64,000 bases of DNA from a virus: positions 7,834-71,833 of IMG/VR virus record IMGVR_UViG_3300046820_000297. One strand, 5' to 3'. The notes below the pieces were generated by a model that ran no database searches, was not told where the DNA came from, and worked only from the letters and a program-made list of their open reading frames with translations. Made by a program: the position numbers and the translations under genes. Position 1 is the stretch's first letter; the number at the start of each line of letters is the position of its first letter. This document shows positions 63,366-64,000 of the stretch, in pieces.

Positions 63366-63582
63366 AATACTCTTCTTTAGCGCAGTCTTTGCATAAAGGT
63401 TGTACAGAGAGTAATTCTTCTACTCTTTCATCTATACAATCTTCAGCACAATCTTCATCCATGAGTACTTGTTCATACAAGATATCTCTTAGATCTTCAG
63501 CGTCGCAATATCTGCATAGTTTATCAGATTTATTCCATGGTGCTAATGGATCATCACTGGACCCAGGAGGTAAATTACTCAT
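63343..63582 (-). CDS. Small acidic protein with two CxxC motifs
   Basis: NLPPG...DPLAPWN...CRYC...CKDC. Confidence 0.6.
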   Translation of the reverse strand: MSNLPPGSSDDPLAPWNKSDKLCRYCDAEDLRDILYEQVLMDEDCAEDCIDERVEELLSVQPLCKDCAKEEYYDYDDDY

Positions 63583-64000
63583 ACTTTCTTTACGTATTTA
63601 ATTTTTGATTCATCGAAACCATCTAACGCAGTGGTTACCCACGTGTAATCGACAGTATCCTCATAGCACAACACGTGTACTATTGCTTTCTCTTTAGGAT
63701 TCAAACGTAACAATCTTCCAATACGCTGTGTACTCTTACGCTCATTACCATACGCATGCATGATAATACCTTGCTTGAGATCAGGTATATTAACACCTTC
63801 ATTCAATTGTAGTACACAGGATAGTTTATTAATGTTACCATCTTTAAAGTCCTGAAGATTAGTTTCAGAGTCTGGATTCTTACTATGATAACTGTGTGTA
63901 CACATCCGATCCGCTTGAACTTGTGTATTAGCAAATAGTATGCACTTATCAGATATAGAATTAAACAGATTCTTAGCGTATTGCTCTTTACTAGGATATG
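63579..64000 (-). CDS. SF2 helicase, C-terminal part (truncated by the window edge)
   Basis: The frame is open to the window end (YPSKEQYAK...CILFAN). Motif V LNEGVNIPDL and motif VI QRIGRLLR are present. Confidence 0.8.
   Translation of the reverse strand, partial: YPSKEQYAKNLFNSISDKCILFANTQVQADRMCTHSYHSKNPDSETNLQDFKDGNINKLSCVLQLNEGVNIPDLKQGIIMHAYGNERKSTQRIGRLLRLNPKEKAIVHVLCYEDTVDYTWVTTALDGFDESKIKYVKKV

Noticed and set aside
37928-63601. Other + strand ORFs in the right arm (e.g. 49051, 50184, 58006, 59839)
   Set aside because: They are antisense shadows of well-supported - strand genes; only 55163-55516 occupies its own space.
1-64000. Stop-codon reassignment, as seen in some crAss-like phages
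   Set aside because: Multi-kilobase ORFs are intact under the standard code, and TAA, TAG (e.g. 7763) and TGA all end genes at tight junctions.

Overview
This window is about 64 kb of an AT-rich tailed dsDNA phage genome with crAss-like (Crassvirales-type) organisation. The host is most likely a Bacteroidota species (inferred from TAnnTTTG promoter elements and a Bacteroidota-style ClpS). The left arm (1-34.8 kb, + strand) carries six large putative virion-internal/ejected proteins, including a 3530-aa virion RNA polymerase (GGDFDIDK). These are followed by two paralogous small proteins, a lysis cassette and several tiny basic or acidic ORFs. The right arm (34.8-64 kb, almost all - strand) carries replication, repair and nucleotide genes (family B DNA polymerase, PD-(D/E)xK exonuclease, primase, Sak4-like ATPase, DnaB, UDG, ThyX, SplB-like radical SAM, SF2 helicase). 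It also has a MoxR-AAA/VWA module whose ATPase is split by a 1047-nt group I intron with a GIY-YIG endonuclease, a free-standing LAGLIDADG endonuclease, GroES, ClpS and many small hypothetical ORFs. Four observations stand out. (1) The three giant proteins (~7990 aa in total) contain only four cysteines, all at the facing termini, which suggests a head-to-tail disulfide chain. (2) Three paralogous proteins bracket the MoxR/VWA pair. (3) A ~620-bp cluster holds tRNA-like and other structured RNAs. (4) An unannotated 51-aa ORF ends in an RNR-like CxxCGS tail. All family calls come from motif recognition by eye; no database searches were run.
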